Origin: Felis catus
Lineage: Eukaryota
Assembly: GCF_018350175.1 (NCBI RefSeq)
Contig: NC_058368.1
Span: forward strand, 21,082,001-21,146,000
Length of the DNA stretch: 64,000 nt
Reading direction: 5' to 3'
Every line of letters begins with the position of its first letter. Within the stretch, counting starts at the first letter, position 1. The notes beneath the pieces are model-generated. The model had not been told where the DNA came from. It saw only the letters and a program-made list of their open reading frames with translations, and made no database searches. Both the position numbers and the translations under genes were made by a program. Below, piece by piece: positions 29,961 through 42,100 of this stretch.

Positions 29961-30989
29961 ATCTTTATATTTTAGATACTGATTGAGGTTCAACCACTGG
30001 GGTATAAGGAGCAGGTTCTCCACCTAAGCTTTGCCCTTAGTTCTGAGAGCCTGTCCAGATAAGCCTGTGCTCAAAACAAGATGCCCCATGGCTCTCAGAT
30101 ATGAATGAGTTGAGTTTCATGGAGCCCTCGGGTAGAGATGGAGGGGTAGTACTCCCCCACAGACTGACATATCCTCACCAGCTCAAACTGATTTCTTGCC
30201 CTCTAATGTGGAAATTTCATTTGCTGCTCAGTCTTACTTAGTTTTGCACAATTCCCTTGAGAGCAAAGGAATTTAATCCAAAGGCCAAAGTACTAATCTA
30301 AAAACGAAAGTTAAAAAGAGTAATTACAACAGTCAACACTTATTTGGTGTTATGTTAAGAGTCTGCATTTTGCTAAGCACTATGCCTACATCATTATTGC
30401 TTTTAATCCCCTCAAACACCCTATGATGCAAATTCTGCTACTGTTCCCATTTTACAGATGAGGAAAGAGACGCATGATACTTACTAAATCAAACAATAGC
30501 AACCCAAGGCAACAATCATAAAGCGTGGCAGTCCCCTTTCTGCCTTCCACAGATCCAAAACACAACTTAAAGTGACAGAGGAGGTGGAAAAATCAGGACC
30601 TAAGCAATGTTCCTGCCTCTTCTGGCCACCCAGTGGCCACCCCGAAAGACTTTATTGTATTGCTTTAGCTCATCTCAGATGCACATACCATAGGTCCAAA
30701 TAGACTCGTATAACTGCATTAGTCATTCTAGATACTTTAATCCATTACTTAATGCATTACTCAGATGCTGGTACCAGGAGGGAATGGCAGGAAGTCAAGG
30801 TTGGTTATACATGGATGAAACAATAATAGTCTCAAAAACACCTGCACCTGTGAAGAAACAGAATTTTAAAACATCTGACCGCCTAAAGTTTTAGAACTTG
30901 TCATTTAAAACGCTTGCCATGGATCTTACTTTTAAGCACGTAGTATCTTTGTATTACTGATCAACTTCTAAATTTCATCCTCTAATTAG

Positions 30990-31800
30990 AGGAACCCCCA
31001 ATCAAAAATGAGTCACTGACCTTTTCCTCAGCATTTTGTTTCAGTAAGCCAGAATAAACACATGGAATTGTTACTATGGAGACCGAAGGTACTGAAGGGA
31101 CCCAGCCTCTCATTAAAAAATTGACACACCAGCAGGAAAAAAAAATGATGGATGTTGTGGTTATTTTAGGGAAAATCATGTCCCAAATGTTGAGGTTAAG
31201 TCAGCCACCCCTTTTCCTCCAGAAAAGAAAAAAAAAAAAAAAGAAGAAGTTTCCGATGCAAATGGTTTGAATTAATGCCATGGATATTTATAACAACAGT
31301 CTGGTTAAGGGAACTTATTTGCTATTCATCAAGCAAATGTCCCCTAGGATTAAAGGAGCCCAAAGAAAATATTTTTAAAATAATAAATAAAATGCCTTTT
31401 GGGGTGGGAAGCAGTTATATTCGTATTCAACAGCATGACTGCTGGGTTGAGTCCTCAAAGCCCAAGGCCACTGGGACTGGACAATTCTGCGGAGCTTTTG
31501 GAAGAGATCAGCTAGACACATGTGTCCCAGCTGACGTGCCAGCAGAAGGTCCAGTGTTTTCTTAAGTTGACACCCCAAGCAGTGAATAGGAAAAGAGAAA
31601 CCAAGAGTAGCCCAATACACAGACCTAAAATTGGAAAGACACTGACAGCCTCTTTGTTCAACAACTCCCTTGTTTGTGTTTTGGAGAGAAAAGGTAGAAG
31701 GGAAAACGCTTAACTTTTTTAGCGTATCACTGGAAAATGCCATTCTCACTCCTTAAAAATAGCACCAGATGAAGAAATAGCACTTGGGTAATGCCTACAG
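30990..31800. promoter_or_regulatory. Candidate enhancer (MEF2, E-box, CRE-like and AP-1 motifs)
   Basis: Block with no recognised repeat: TGAGTCA 31009-31015, gacacatgtgtc palindrome 31515-31526, CAGCTG/TGACGT 31528-31537, TTAAAAATAG 31753-31762 next to CAGATG 31766-31771. Confidence 0.4.
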
Positions 31801-32040
31801 AAGCACTTCCATACAGACTCCTCTCCTTCATGGTGACTCTGGGAGGGAGACCTGTGCGCGCACTGGTGCGGAGAGCCGACACAGGGACCAAAATGTGAAG
31901 GAAGGGTCCACCAAGGACCTGTGAGGGTAAAGATGGCTGTGGTGGCCGTGAGCTGAGGCCCACCGTCGGACTCACAGTCCTGTCTGATCTCCATCCAGAG
32001 GCCTGGCACCCAGTAACCCAGGACCATAGCGACCCTGCCT

Positions 32041-33140
32041 TTATTTTAACTGTTGATATTATGTTCAAGTATGGATTTTTTAAGATGTTTTTATTGTAAA
32101 TATTTAATATATATTATATATAAATATATATATAATTTATAAATATATATATTTATATATATAAATAATAATATTTTATTTTTATTATTTTAACTGTTGA
32201 TATGTTCAAGTATGGATTTTTAAAGATGTTTTTATTTTAAATATTTAATATGTATTATATATAAATATATATATAATTTATAAATAAATATATATATTTG
32301 TATATATAAATAATAATATTTTATTTTTATTATTTTAACTGTTGACATTATGTTCAAGTATGGATTTTTTAAGATGTTTTTATTGTAAATATTTAATATA
32401 TATTATATAAATATATATATAATTTATAAATAAATATATATATTTATATATATAAATAATAATATTTTATTTTTATTATTTTAACTGTTGATATGTTCAA
32501 GTATGGATTTTTAAAGATGTTTTTATTTTAAATATTTAATATGTATTATATATAAATATATATATAATTTATAAATAAATATATATATTTGTATATATAA
32601 ATAATAATATTTTATTTTTATTATTTTAACTGTTGACATTATGTTCAAGTATGGATTTTTTAAGATGTTTTTATTGTAAATATTTAATATATATTATATT
32701 TAAATATATATGTAATTTATAAATAAATATATATTTATATATATAAATAATAATATTTTATTTTTATTATTTTAACTGTTGATATTATGTTCAAGTATGG
32801 ATTTTTTAAGATGTTTTTATTTTAATTTTTTTTTTCAACGTTTATTTATTTTTGGGACAGAGAGAGACAGAGCATGAACGTGGGAGGGGCAGAGAGAGAG
32901 GGAGACACAGAATCGGAAACAGGCTCCAGGCTCTGAGCCATCAGCCCAGAGCCTGACGCGGGGCTCGAACTCACGGACCGCGAGATCGTGACCTGGCTGA
33001 AGTCGGACGCTTAACCGACTGTGCCACCCAGGCGCCCCTAAGATGTTTTTATTTTAAATATTTAATATGTATTATATATAAATATATATATAATTTATAA
33101 ATAAATATATATACTTTATATATATAAATAATAATATTTA
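32041..33140. repeat. AT-rich tandem repeat: six units of about 145 bp with a 291-bp dimeric higher-order structure
   Basis: aactgttga anchor at 32048, 32192, 32337, 32483, 32628 and 32774. Confidence 0.97.
32826..33038 (-). mobile_element. Young felid CanSINE inserted in unit 6 of the array
   Basis: CpG-rich body; TSD taagatgtttttattttaa. Confidence 0.97.
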
Positions 33141-34804
33141 AAATATTCCGTTCAAATAGTATTGATCTGATTTATTGAATTTTTGATGTTCCCTTAAATT
33201 TCGTGCCTGAGGCAAGCGCCTCACTCCTCCTACCCTACCGTTCTACCTCCTCCTGTGGAGGCCCCTCAAAGGAAGAGCACCTTCTTTCCAGGGCAAGCAC
33301 TGAGGCATTGAGTGCTGCCTCAGGACAGCCGCTTCTGCTTTAAGGACTTCCCTTCTCTCAACAAATCAGTCCAAGCCGAACCTACCGGACACACTTCTAA
33401 ACCCCAAGCTGAAAGGCAAGACTGCAGTTGTGGCTTCCCACCCCTGGACTCAGTCCCTCGCCTGCCATTTGATTAGTCAGGCCTCCAAACTCCAGCTTCC
33501 TCCTGTGTTCACCTGGCATAATAAAGAGGCCTACTTCTGGGATCACCGGAAGACTTCAACGGGATGATGCCTGTCAATAGCCGAGAAGCGTGTAACATGG
33601 TGTCCGTCATTGTTCTTATTCTTCAAATGTGTTCCCCAATGGTTACTTCGCCCGTCACAGCCTTTGTTTCCTCTTCTGTAAGAAGGAAATAACAGCGCTA
33701 CCTCTCAAGTTTGCTGTACAGATTGTACGTTGCTGTATAGGAAGTGCCTAGAACACCGTCTGCACACAGCGTTAACGATGGCTACAGCGGCTACTAGTAC
33801 AGCTACTACCGCTGTTGTTACCATAGCAGCTTATCCTTCTTCCTCTTCCTCCAATTCCTCCTCCTATGAACGACTGCTGCCTCAGCCGCTGGCCCCTATT
33901 CTGGGGCTTAGGTAGTTAATACAGTTGCAACGACATCTAGAAACAACTCCCTCCACTGTGTGAGGGATCCTTAGGCTGTATATAAACATTAAAATCAATT
34001 TACTATATGCTGTGCTTTTAAAAATGTTTTAAGCTATTCAAACATTATTATTTTCTGCATCCAATGCCAAATAACCTGCTGAATTGATTTTGTCATTTTT
34101 TTTAAGCTTAGTTGTTTGGGTATGCTGTAGACAGAACCCCAGACAACAGAAGAGTTAGTGTACTTTGATTGTTTATAAAGGAGCGGCATAAAAATAATCT
34201 TTAAAGCTAAGGGAATGTTAATATTTAGATCCATCTGAGGGAAAACAATAACAGTTTGTGATTTCCTCCCTCCTCACTCCTAGGGCAAACATTTTTAAGG
34301 GAGGATTTTATTTTGTAACATAAATTGTTTTCTATATCACCCTAAAGACAAGAGTGATTAATAGTGAACTATAGAAAGAGTTGCCCATAATTAGCAGCTT
34401 GGGTACAGTCAGATATAAACATATATTTTGTTTATGAAACATGCAGCTCGAAAAAAAATCTCATCTTGCTAGATGTCAAAACAGGGTCAAGATGCTAAGG
34501 AAAAAGACATTAAGACAAAGATTTGTAAATAAAGTTAAAATCGGATCGAATACATATGTGCGTACCTGCACCACACAAGCCTGAGACAAAAGTTTACCCA
34601 GGTTTACTTCTTCATCATCATCAATATCGTTGGAATTGTTGCTAATTATTATTTGTGTCAACATTGGTACAACATTGTGATTTTGATTTCAATTGTAACT
34701 ATATAGACCTTTACCAAATACATAGCAATTCCCTTGGATGCAGATTTAAAAAATGGGTCAAGATTTCATGACTGTTTAGTTTATATGGTTTATTATCACG
34801 ATAA

Positions 34805-35035
34805 TAGAACTGGCACTTAGTGGGCACCAGACACTGGCCCAAGTTCCTTAAATGCATTAAATCATTTAATCCTTGTAAGAATCCCTGTAGGAAAGAAATT
34901 ATCATCCCCACTTTACTGATGAAGACACTGAGATTTAGAGAAATCAAGTAACCTGACCACCATCACATTTTATAAGCAGAGCTGGGATTTGAACACAGTT
35001 CTGTTGAACATCAAAGCCTATCTCTAAACCACTGT
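34805..35035 (-). mobile_element. MIR
   Basis: tcatttaatcct...atccccactttactgatgaagacactgagatttagagaaatcaagtaacctg. Confidence 0.8.
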
Positions 35036-35189
35036 ACTAACCAGAGAACCACCCAAGTTGACAAGGTAGCTAACTTCTTTCTGTTCACATGAACATTCAC
35101 CTATGCTGATCCTCCTACTCCTCGTCCTACTCCGTGCATTCATATGGCCACATGGCACGTTAGGAAGACTTTCACTCAAGTCAAACAAC

Positions 35190-35540
35190 AGTTAAGTTCC
35201 GCCATTTTACTGCATTTGTGAAAAGAAGGACAGCAGGGCTCTTGGCCGGGACTGCTGCTTCTGGTTGCGCGGAATGCGCACTATACAAATCCTGGCAGAG
35301 CCATTCACAAAGCAATATTTGACCAGCACCCCCCTGAAGTTGTTCAACTTGGCAGCCCTGCCCTTGCTGCTCTAAACCTGGTTTGTGACTCCTCACCAAC
35401 AACAGTGATTGGACCAGAAGACACCTGACCAAAAAGAGCCAATCAGATGCTTGCTGTGTGGACGCGGAACTGAGAGGCACAAAGGAGCCTCCCAGGGCGG
35501 GCAAGTGAAGAGACGGGAGACCTGGGGCCCCGCCGTCACA
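35190..35540 (-). promoter_or_regulatory. Candidate internal or alternative promoter
   Basis: GGGCGG 35495-35500; two NF-Y boxes 31 bp apart (ATTGG 35408, agCCAATcag 35439); GGAATG 35271; YY1 CCGCCATTTT 35199-35208; locally CpG-enriched. Confidence 0.5.
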
Positions 35541-37242
35541 GACTGCCCAGGCAGAAGAAGCCAAAAATGAAGGCACACAGGGAGAGATGAAAAGAGTTCA
35601 CGGAGCCCTTAGAGACAGTGAAAAAAGCCCCATTTTCGCCTTTCCAAGAATCTCCTCAGACCCAGTTATACTTTTCTGCCCTCGATTTCTAAGAGACTTT
35701 TGTGTATCCTTTCCACAAACCCCTCTTTGTATTTGCCTAAGTTTAAGGGCATCGTGATCTTTGCAGGACAGAGAAGTGCCCGTTCTTGCCCAGACATCAT
35801 CAAATGGAATTTTTCATTATTATACAAAAACCAGGCCTGAATCTCAATCCCCAGACTCATGTGTGTCAGAAATGCAACTTTATTTCTCTATAACGCAATG
35901 GAATTTCTATCCTGAGACCGTGCTGAAGGAGTGGCACACTTAGTGCAATCATCTCAGGATCTAGAGAGTCAGAGTAGTACCAGGGAAGCGGGGATGAGGA
36001 CGGCAGACGTTGAGTTCCCCATCATCCACAGGGGCATCTGCTTCCATGCCCCTGGGCTGCCCGGTCCTGCTTGTCGACCAACAGATTCACTGCTGTCTGG
36101 CCCAGCTCCCCATCTGGGCCTTTGCTTTCGCTGCTCCTGTGCTCCTCTCTGGTACCCAGGAATTCACTTGCTGCTCTACACCATGCTAGGCTGTGAGAAA
36201 CTGGGGCCATTCAGAAACCCATCCACTTCGCTCAGAGAGAATGTTCTTCCCACCAGCCGAGCCATGGGAACCTGATGTTGTCCAAGGCCCTTCTTCCCCG
36301 TACAGTCATACATCCCCGAGGCTTGACCTGGGTGAGGATTGGGCACCAGTCCTCCTTCTCAGGGATTATCCATACAGAAGCTTCTAAATGTGCCCCCACG
36401 ACAGCCTGATGCTTCCTGCTCTATGGACATTCGTCTCCCTCTGGGGTAGGCAGCTGGCCCCCAGTCTTATGGCATCCTAGGCTCATCTACTATTAATGTC
36501 CAAGAGTTATTTTCTCTCCTTGGGGTTAGATTTCGGAGCCCAAAAGCCAAGATATGACTTCGTTTCCCGGGCTTGTTCCACCTTCCCCAAGGCAAGGAAC
36601 CCAGACTGGCCTAATTAACTGACTGGAAGCCAGAACCAAGGCACCCAAGAAAAAACTAAAGAAATCTTCAAGTTGAGATTTTAAAATATTGCCCCACCAC
36701 ACTGCGTTGGGACCCTTTAGGCTCACAGAGCTTCGTTCTGGTCATAGGCCTTGATTTCACCGGACATTTCCTCTAGCTGACGTTGGCCAAGCTGAAGTGG
36801 GGCAACTCTGATCTTCAGTTAGGCTAATGCGTCTATGATTCTGCCCTTTCAAATGTGATGGTGGTGGCAATGTGTGCTGAACCATTTACCTAGTTTTCCT
36901 TAAGATTCACCTTTAGAGCAAGTCTCACACTGAGAAATCTGGGAGCAAAGTAAATTGGAAATAGAGATTTGTCCTTTTTCCTGGCTTCACCTTTTCTATG
37001 AAAGTTGTGATAAACATGAAGAGAACTTTTCCTTTACCTGTGAAAATAACTGTCACTCCACACCGAAAGGATCATAATTTATCATGCCTAATGTGCTTCC
37101 CCATCTTTGTGACTATATCAAATAATACTTTCCTTTATATATTTTATTATCTCATAAGAATAAGACACATATTTCAAGGTGGACAAAATAATTTATTGGT
37201 GATTTACAGAAAACATGTCCACATGAAATACTACACTTTATA

Positions 37243-37453
37243 TTTTTTTTAATGTTTATTCATTTTTGAACGACAGAGAGAGACAGAGCATGAGTGGGGG
37301 AGGGGCAGAGCGAGAGGGAGACACAGAATCTGAAGCAGGCTCCAGGCTCTGAGATGTCAGCCCAGAGCCTGACGCGGGGCTCGAACTCACGGATGGTGAG
37401 AGCATGACCTGAGCCAAAGTCAGACGCTTAACCTACTAAGCTACCCAGGCGCC
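37243..37453 (-). mobile_element. Felid CanSINE
   Basis: TSD ctacactttata. Confidence 0.96.
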
Positions 37454-39067
37454 TCTACACTTTATAATATTTTTAAAAAATTAGTCATTCTGCTTATTAA
37501 AAGTCCGTATCAAAAGTGAGAGCTGTAGCTACATCTGATTCAGACATTCACTTTTTTTCTTTTCTAGCCCCCAAAGAATGCCCCTAAATGAGCCTCTAAG
37601 AGGCCCATATCTTCATTAGGATTTCTGAACCAAACAGCCATAGTAGGCTCATTCTTCCCTTGATTCATCCAACATAGATGTAATCACAAACTACTATGTG
37701 TTGGTCTTGGGATGCCCAGATGAGTGGAGGAAATGGAAGTTACAGCACCGAGTAAGTTCTGTAACAAAGAACTTGCCAGCATCAGGTTCAGTCTTCTGTG
37801 ATGTTCTAGCGCCAGGCCCATCACCCTTCCTGCCTCCACAGGTTCCCTTCCCCCAGTACATTCCAGACTAAATCCCCCTCCTACTAAAAAACTCAATGGC
37901 TCCCCTAGAGGCATTTCCCAATCTAGGTTACGGAAGAGTAGTTTCAGGAAATCTGAGCAGGTATTGCCTGGAAAGGAAGCCTACAGTAACAAGTTTGGGA
38001 AGCAATGAGTAAAACAAAGTTGGACTATTTGGTTGTGTTACGTTTTCAGGAATTCTCAGAGCTTTTGCAATGTTGACATGCATTAGGGCAGTGATACACT
38101 TATGCATATCCAAGAGGAAGAATGCATCTTTACAGTATCTCCCCAGCTTATGGCTATAGAACCCTTTTCTTCCAGGGCATATTACTGGACTAGTCTTGAA
38201 AACAAAACAAAACAGAACGCCTGAGAAACACTAGCCTAGAGAAAAAAGTTCAAATTTCTTAACAAGGTATTTAAGGCTGTTGCTGTCTGCCTCGAGTAGA
38301 TTCTTACAACCCCACTTCTTATTCCTTCGTTCCCATACATCACGCACTACCCTTGTTAGGCTATTAGTTCCCTAAGCAGACGGCACACCTTCACATGTTT
38401 GAGGTGTTACTGATACGTTCCTCTGTTTACAATGCCTCTCACCATTCTCCTTTATCTCACTTCTCTCTTCTCCATCTGAACTCCTATCTACACTGCAAAA
38501 ACCACTCCATAGTAACTCATCTACCCAGTCTGTGAGTCACTGTTCTATAAGCACTTGTGCATCAGAGCACCAATCGCTATGTATCATATATTTCTCTGCT
38601 GCCTTCGATAGATTATGAGTTCCTGGGACTTCCTCTTTGTATCCCCAGCATCTAGTGCACTGTCGGCCACATAAATGATTATGAACACACTGAAAATTTC
38701 ATATCAATTTTTCAAACGTTTCACAAAATTCCCTTACTTCCTTTCAAACCAAAAAAATGCAGGTGTGAATTTGGTGTGCACCTTTTTCTTAAATGTAGGT
38801 CCCATGTTTGAAACAGGACTCGTACCAGTAGAGAAGCATCCACGATCACTAAAGAAGGGATTCTTAAGTCACTCATTAAATCTTAGATTTTTCTTTTGCC
38901 CAATTATAAAACCACAAGTCACAATCACTTTAAAACCTGTGTAAAAAATTGCACAGTATCTCCCTATAAACAAAAGGGGAGCGGAAATTTTACTTTATGC
39001 CTTCACGCTTTATGCCGTAGTGCCTGGCCCAAGAAAGACTTGTTGCAAACATTTAAAAAGTTATACT

Positions 39068-39151
39068 GTGCTGGCTTCAGCCGCACATATACTAAAATTG
39101 GAACAATACAGAGAAGATTAGCGTGGACCCTGCTCAAGGATGACACTCAAA
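39068..39151 (+). pseudogene. RNU6: U6 snRNA retropseudogene, 3'-truncated (U6 nt 1-84)
   Basis: gtgctggcttcagccgcacatatactaaaattggaacaatacagagaagattagcgtggaccctgctcaaggatgacactcaaa has 8 mismatches in 84 nt to canonical U6; TSD aaaaa(g/c)ttatact. Confidence 0.96.
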
Positions 39152-42100
39152 AACTTATACTCTCTGGGAGTGAGGCTAAGCCCCTGCCACAGATCAGTTC
39201 TTCCCCCCACCCCTCCCCATCATCCCAAGAGCTGGTCTGCATGCTCCCTGTTCTTCCCTGGGGTCATCAGGATTTCCTCCTGGATCTTCTTTCTTTCATA
39301 TTTTCCTCTGCCTCCTAGTGCCCAGGCATCTCCTGAAAATCAGAGAAACTGCCGGAATGGTGGTCTGTGTGCATGTCTCCCTTTTCTTGCCCCACTGCCC
39401 CTCTGCCATTTCCCCCGCCCACCAAGAGGCAAAGGGAATTTGTTTATTTTGCCAAGAACTCTCAGACACTTTCAGTTCAGCAGAGAGGTTGACTTAACTC
39501 TATTCCCTGATGGGAAAAGAAACGTGACATTCTCCTCATGATTAAAGCACCACTTTTTCTTGCTACGAAGGGAAAATTCAACATCATACAGCCCCCAAAT
39601 GTTGCAACTTTCAGTGCAACGGCACTTTTTCTCCACATTTTAAAACCTTCTCTGACACACACATGGGGGCTGCAGGGAAGACTTTCTCACAAGGCTCTAA
39701 ACACCTCCATTCTGCATCCAGGGTCTTTCACCGTCTGCCCCTGCCCTACACCTTCCCCTGCTTCCCACTGCTCCCCAGCCCTACAGTCCTGCCCCTGGCA
39801 ATCAGGTTTCCTGTCCATTCTAGAAGCTTATGCCCTCGATGCCCTCGTGCCTGTGATGTCTGCCCTCATCCTTCCAGGCTTCCAAACACAGCCCAGGTGC
39901 TCCTCCAGAAACCCTTCAGTGACCACAGGGTACACAGAGATCCCGCTCTAATCCACGTGGTGTTTTAATGCTATAGTGCCTAAGTTTGCATTTATTCACA
40001 TTTTTTCCAGCCTTGTGTTCATTGTTATGTCTTGCTCTCCAACCAGCCAGACAGTGAGCTGGAGAGAGGGTGTGGGCTCTGAAGTCAAGCAGCTGTTGGC
40101 TCTGGAGCCTAATTTCTGAGCTACGTGAGGCCCAGTTTCATTATTTGTAAAATGAAGAAGTAAACACCCACCCCTGCGAAGCTGAGTTGCCATGAGCACT
40201 AAATGAGGTCTAGCATGTGAAACTCCTGGCCTTCTTGCCCTCCATGAACTGTCTCACTGCTTTCCTGAGGGCAGGATCACATCGCTCACTGGTTCCCGGG
40301 TTCGTAGAACGCCGAGCACAGTAAAGCGGGACACGATCGGCAGCAACCGTTAAAAGTGCACGGAATTAACAAAGAGCTGGGAACATAATCTCGGTTGGCA
40401 AGGAAATGAGACAGACCTTTAACCACTCAAAACCAATGTGCCACTAGAATTGAAACGTGAAATGAGATAGCATAAAAAAGCAGACCAGTCACGACACACA
40501 GACCACTTCGATGCTTAGAAGGATATTTTACTGAACACACATAGAAAAACAAATGTCCTGTTTCTAATACCTTTAGCAAAGTCTGCCTTGAATCTTGCGG
40601 GGGATATGCAATAAAAAGATGTCTCCTTCAGCCTTTTCAATTAAATGCGTTCTGATACCATACCATATACTGGTATGAGCTCATACCATATATTAAATCA
40701 CAAGTCAGGGACTTAAAATACCGCCATCAGATATGAAGCACATTTCTTTAGTTTCTATGTAAGCCCAGAAGGGCTGCACAGTCAAGTAATGGTCATTTTC
40801 CAGCTGTCTCACTCTTAACTCTAGGCGTGGGACAAAACAGGCCCTTAGTTGGAGCCCTATCAGCTACACAGTGCGTGTGAAGAGAGTGAATAGCTCCAAT
40901 TTGCACAATTCTGATAATTTCCTATCACTGACTGCGGGGTGGGTGGGGGGGGGGGGGGGAGAATGCCATCCGCTCACTTAAGAGGCTTCATTGGAAAGCA
41001 AAACACTTCTTTCTATTTACTTAAGCACCAGGCTAGAATATGAGGAAGCACAATACATTCTAAACATGGTGCACATCTGGTCTAAAAACCACAATCAATT
41101 TATTGCCGCGTCTGAAACATTTTCAGCGACTGTCATATAATATATTATCACACATTTCTAACAAGACGTTTTCTTGGAACCAAAATAGACAGGTAGATCT
41201 GTCCGTTCAATTTCTCACAAATGAAAGAGAAAATTGTTTGGCTCAGATGTCTGTACTGTCTTTGGAGTAGTGTAACTATCATATGAGAAGGGTATTAGTC
41301 AAAGATGCCAGGAGCTCAGCAGTTACTTCCAAAGAGTGAAATTACTGGCTACACAGAAAGAAAAAAAAAAAAAGATGTATGCATGTATGTATGCATCTTC
41401 TCTTTTTTCCCATTCCAACAGAACCATTTATTGCATTTACTTGAAAGAGATGTACCACAGTCTTGTTAAGCCCATCTATCTCCCAGTGCTATAACCCTGG
41501 ACTCCCTATTAAATGGAATCTTTTGATCTCTGGGGCTCCTAAAGCAGAACTTTATTAAAAGTTTTATTAAAAATTAAAATGCAATCGAAATCACGTTAAA
41601 ATGCTTAAAAGCTCTATATTTTCACCCTAACCCCTCATGGGCATTCACAAGGAGAGTCACAATGGTATTGAATAGCCAGAGAGCCCCACGCCCAATAAAG
41701 AGGGCTGCCAAAATATCCCAGGATTGGCCCCAGTGAAACCATTTACTGGCTCACCGTTGGCTGCATAATCCGCCTTTAAGCACTTTCTCCTCTGTAAAAA
41801 CCCCAGAGCTCCTTTAAGAGCCTTGTCTCAGCACACAAAACTTTCAAGTGACTAACCCTTCCCTACCCAGCCCCTGAGCCCCTCGCACCAGCCATGCAGG
41901 CTTTGACCTTTCCTGATAACCCACTCAAAGCACGTTCTGCTTATAGGGCCAGCAAAAAAATGCATGAAGCCTAGATCATCCGATCTTTGGCAAGGTTCAT
42001 AAACAGACTGGACATTGTCAGCCCTCTTTCATACGTCTGAGCCTTTGACAGTGTTGCTCCCTGAATGAATGCTGCGGCTGACTTTGCCTGGTGAAGAGCT

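Larger units (their letters stand above)
32030..33240 (-). mobile_element. MER96/MER96B-like hAT MITE remnant hosting the tandem array
   Basis: Flanks (gaccctgcctttatttt...gatattatgttc..atggatttttt; cccttaaatttcgtgcctgaggcaagcgcctcactc..cccta) resemble the recalled reverse-complement consensus. Confidence 0.6.

Noticed and set aside
32041..33140. CRISPR-like array (also 50120-50331)
   Set aside because: The intervening sequences are themselves repeated rather than unique spacers; the context is mammalian and there are no cas genes.
39068..39151. Functional U6 gene
   Set aside because: It lacks the 3' ~22 nt and the T-run terminator, has 8 substitutions, is flanked by a TSD, and has no recognisable PSE/TATA promoter.
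40936..40959. G-run with G-quadruplex potential (also 25082-25093 and 27276-27290)
   Set aside because: Simple homopolymer tracts with no supporting context; lengths may also be sequencing-sensitive.
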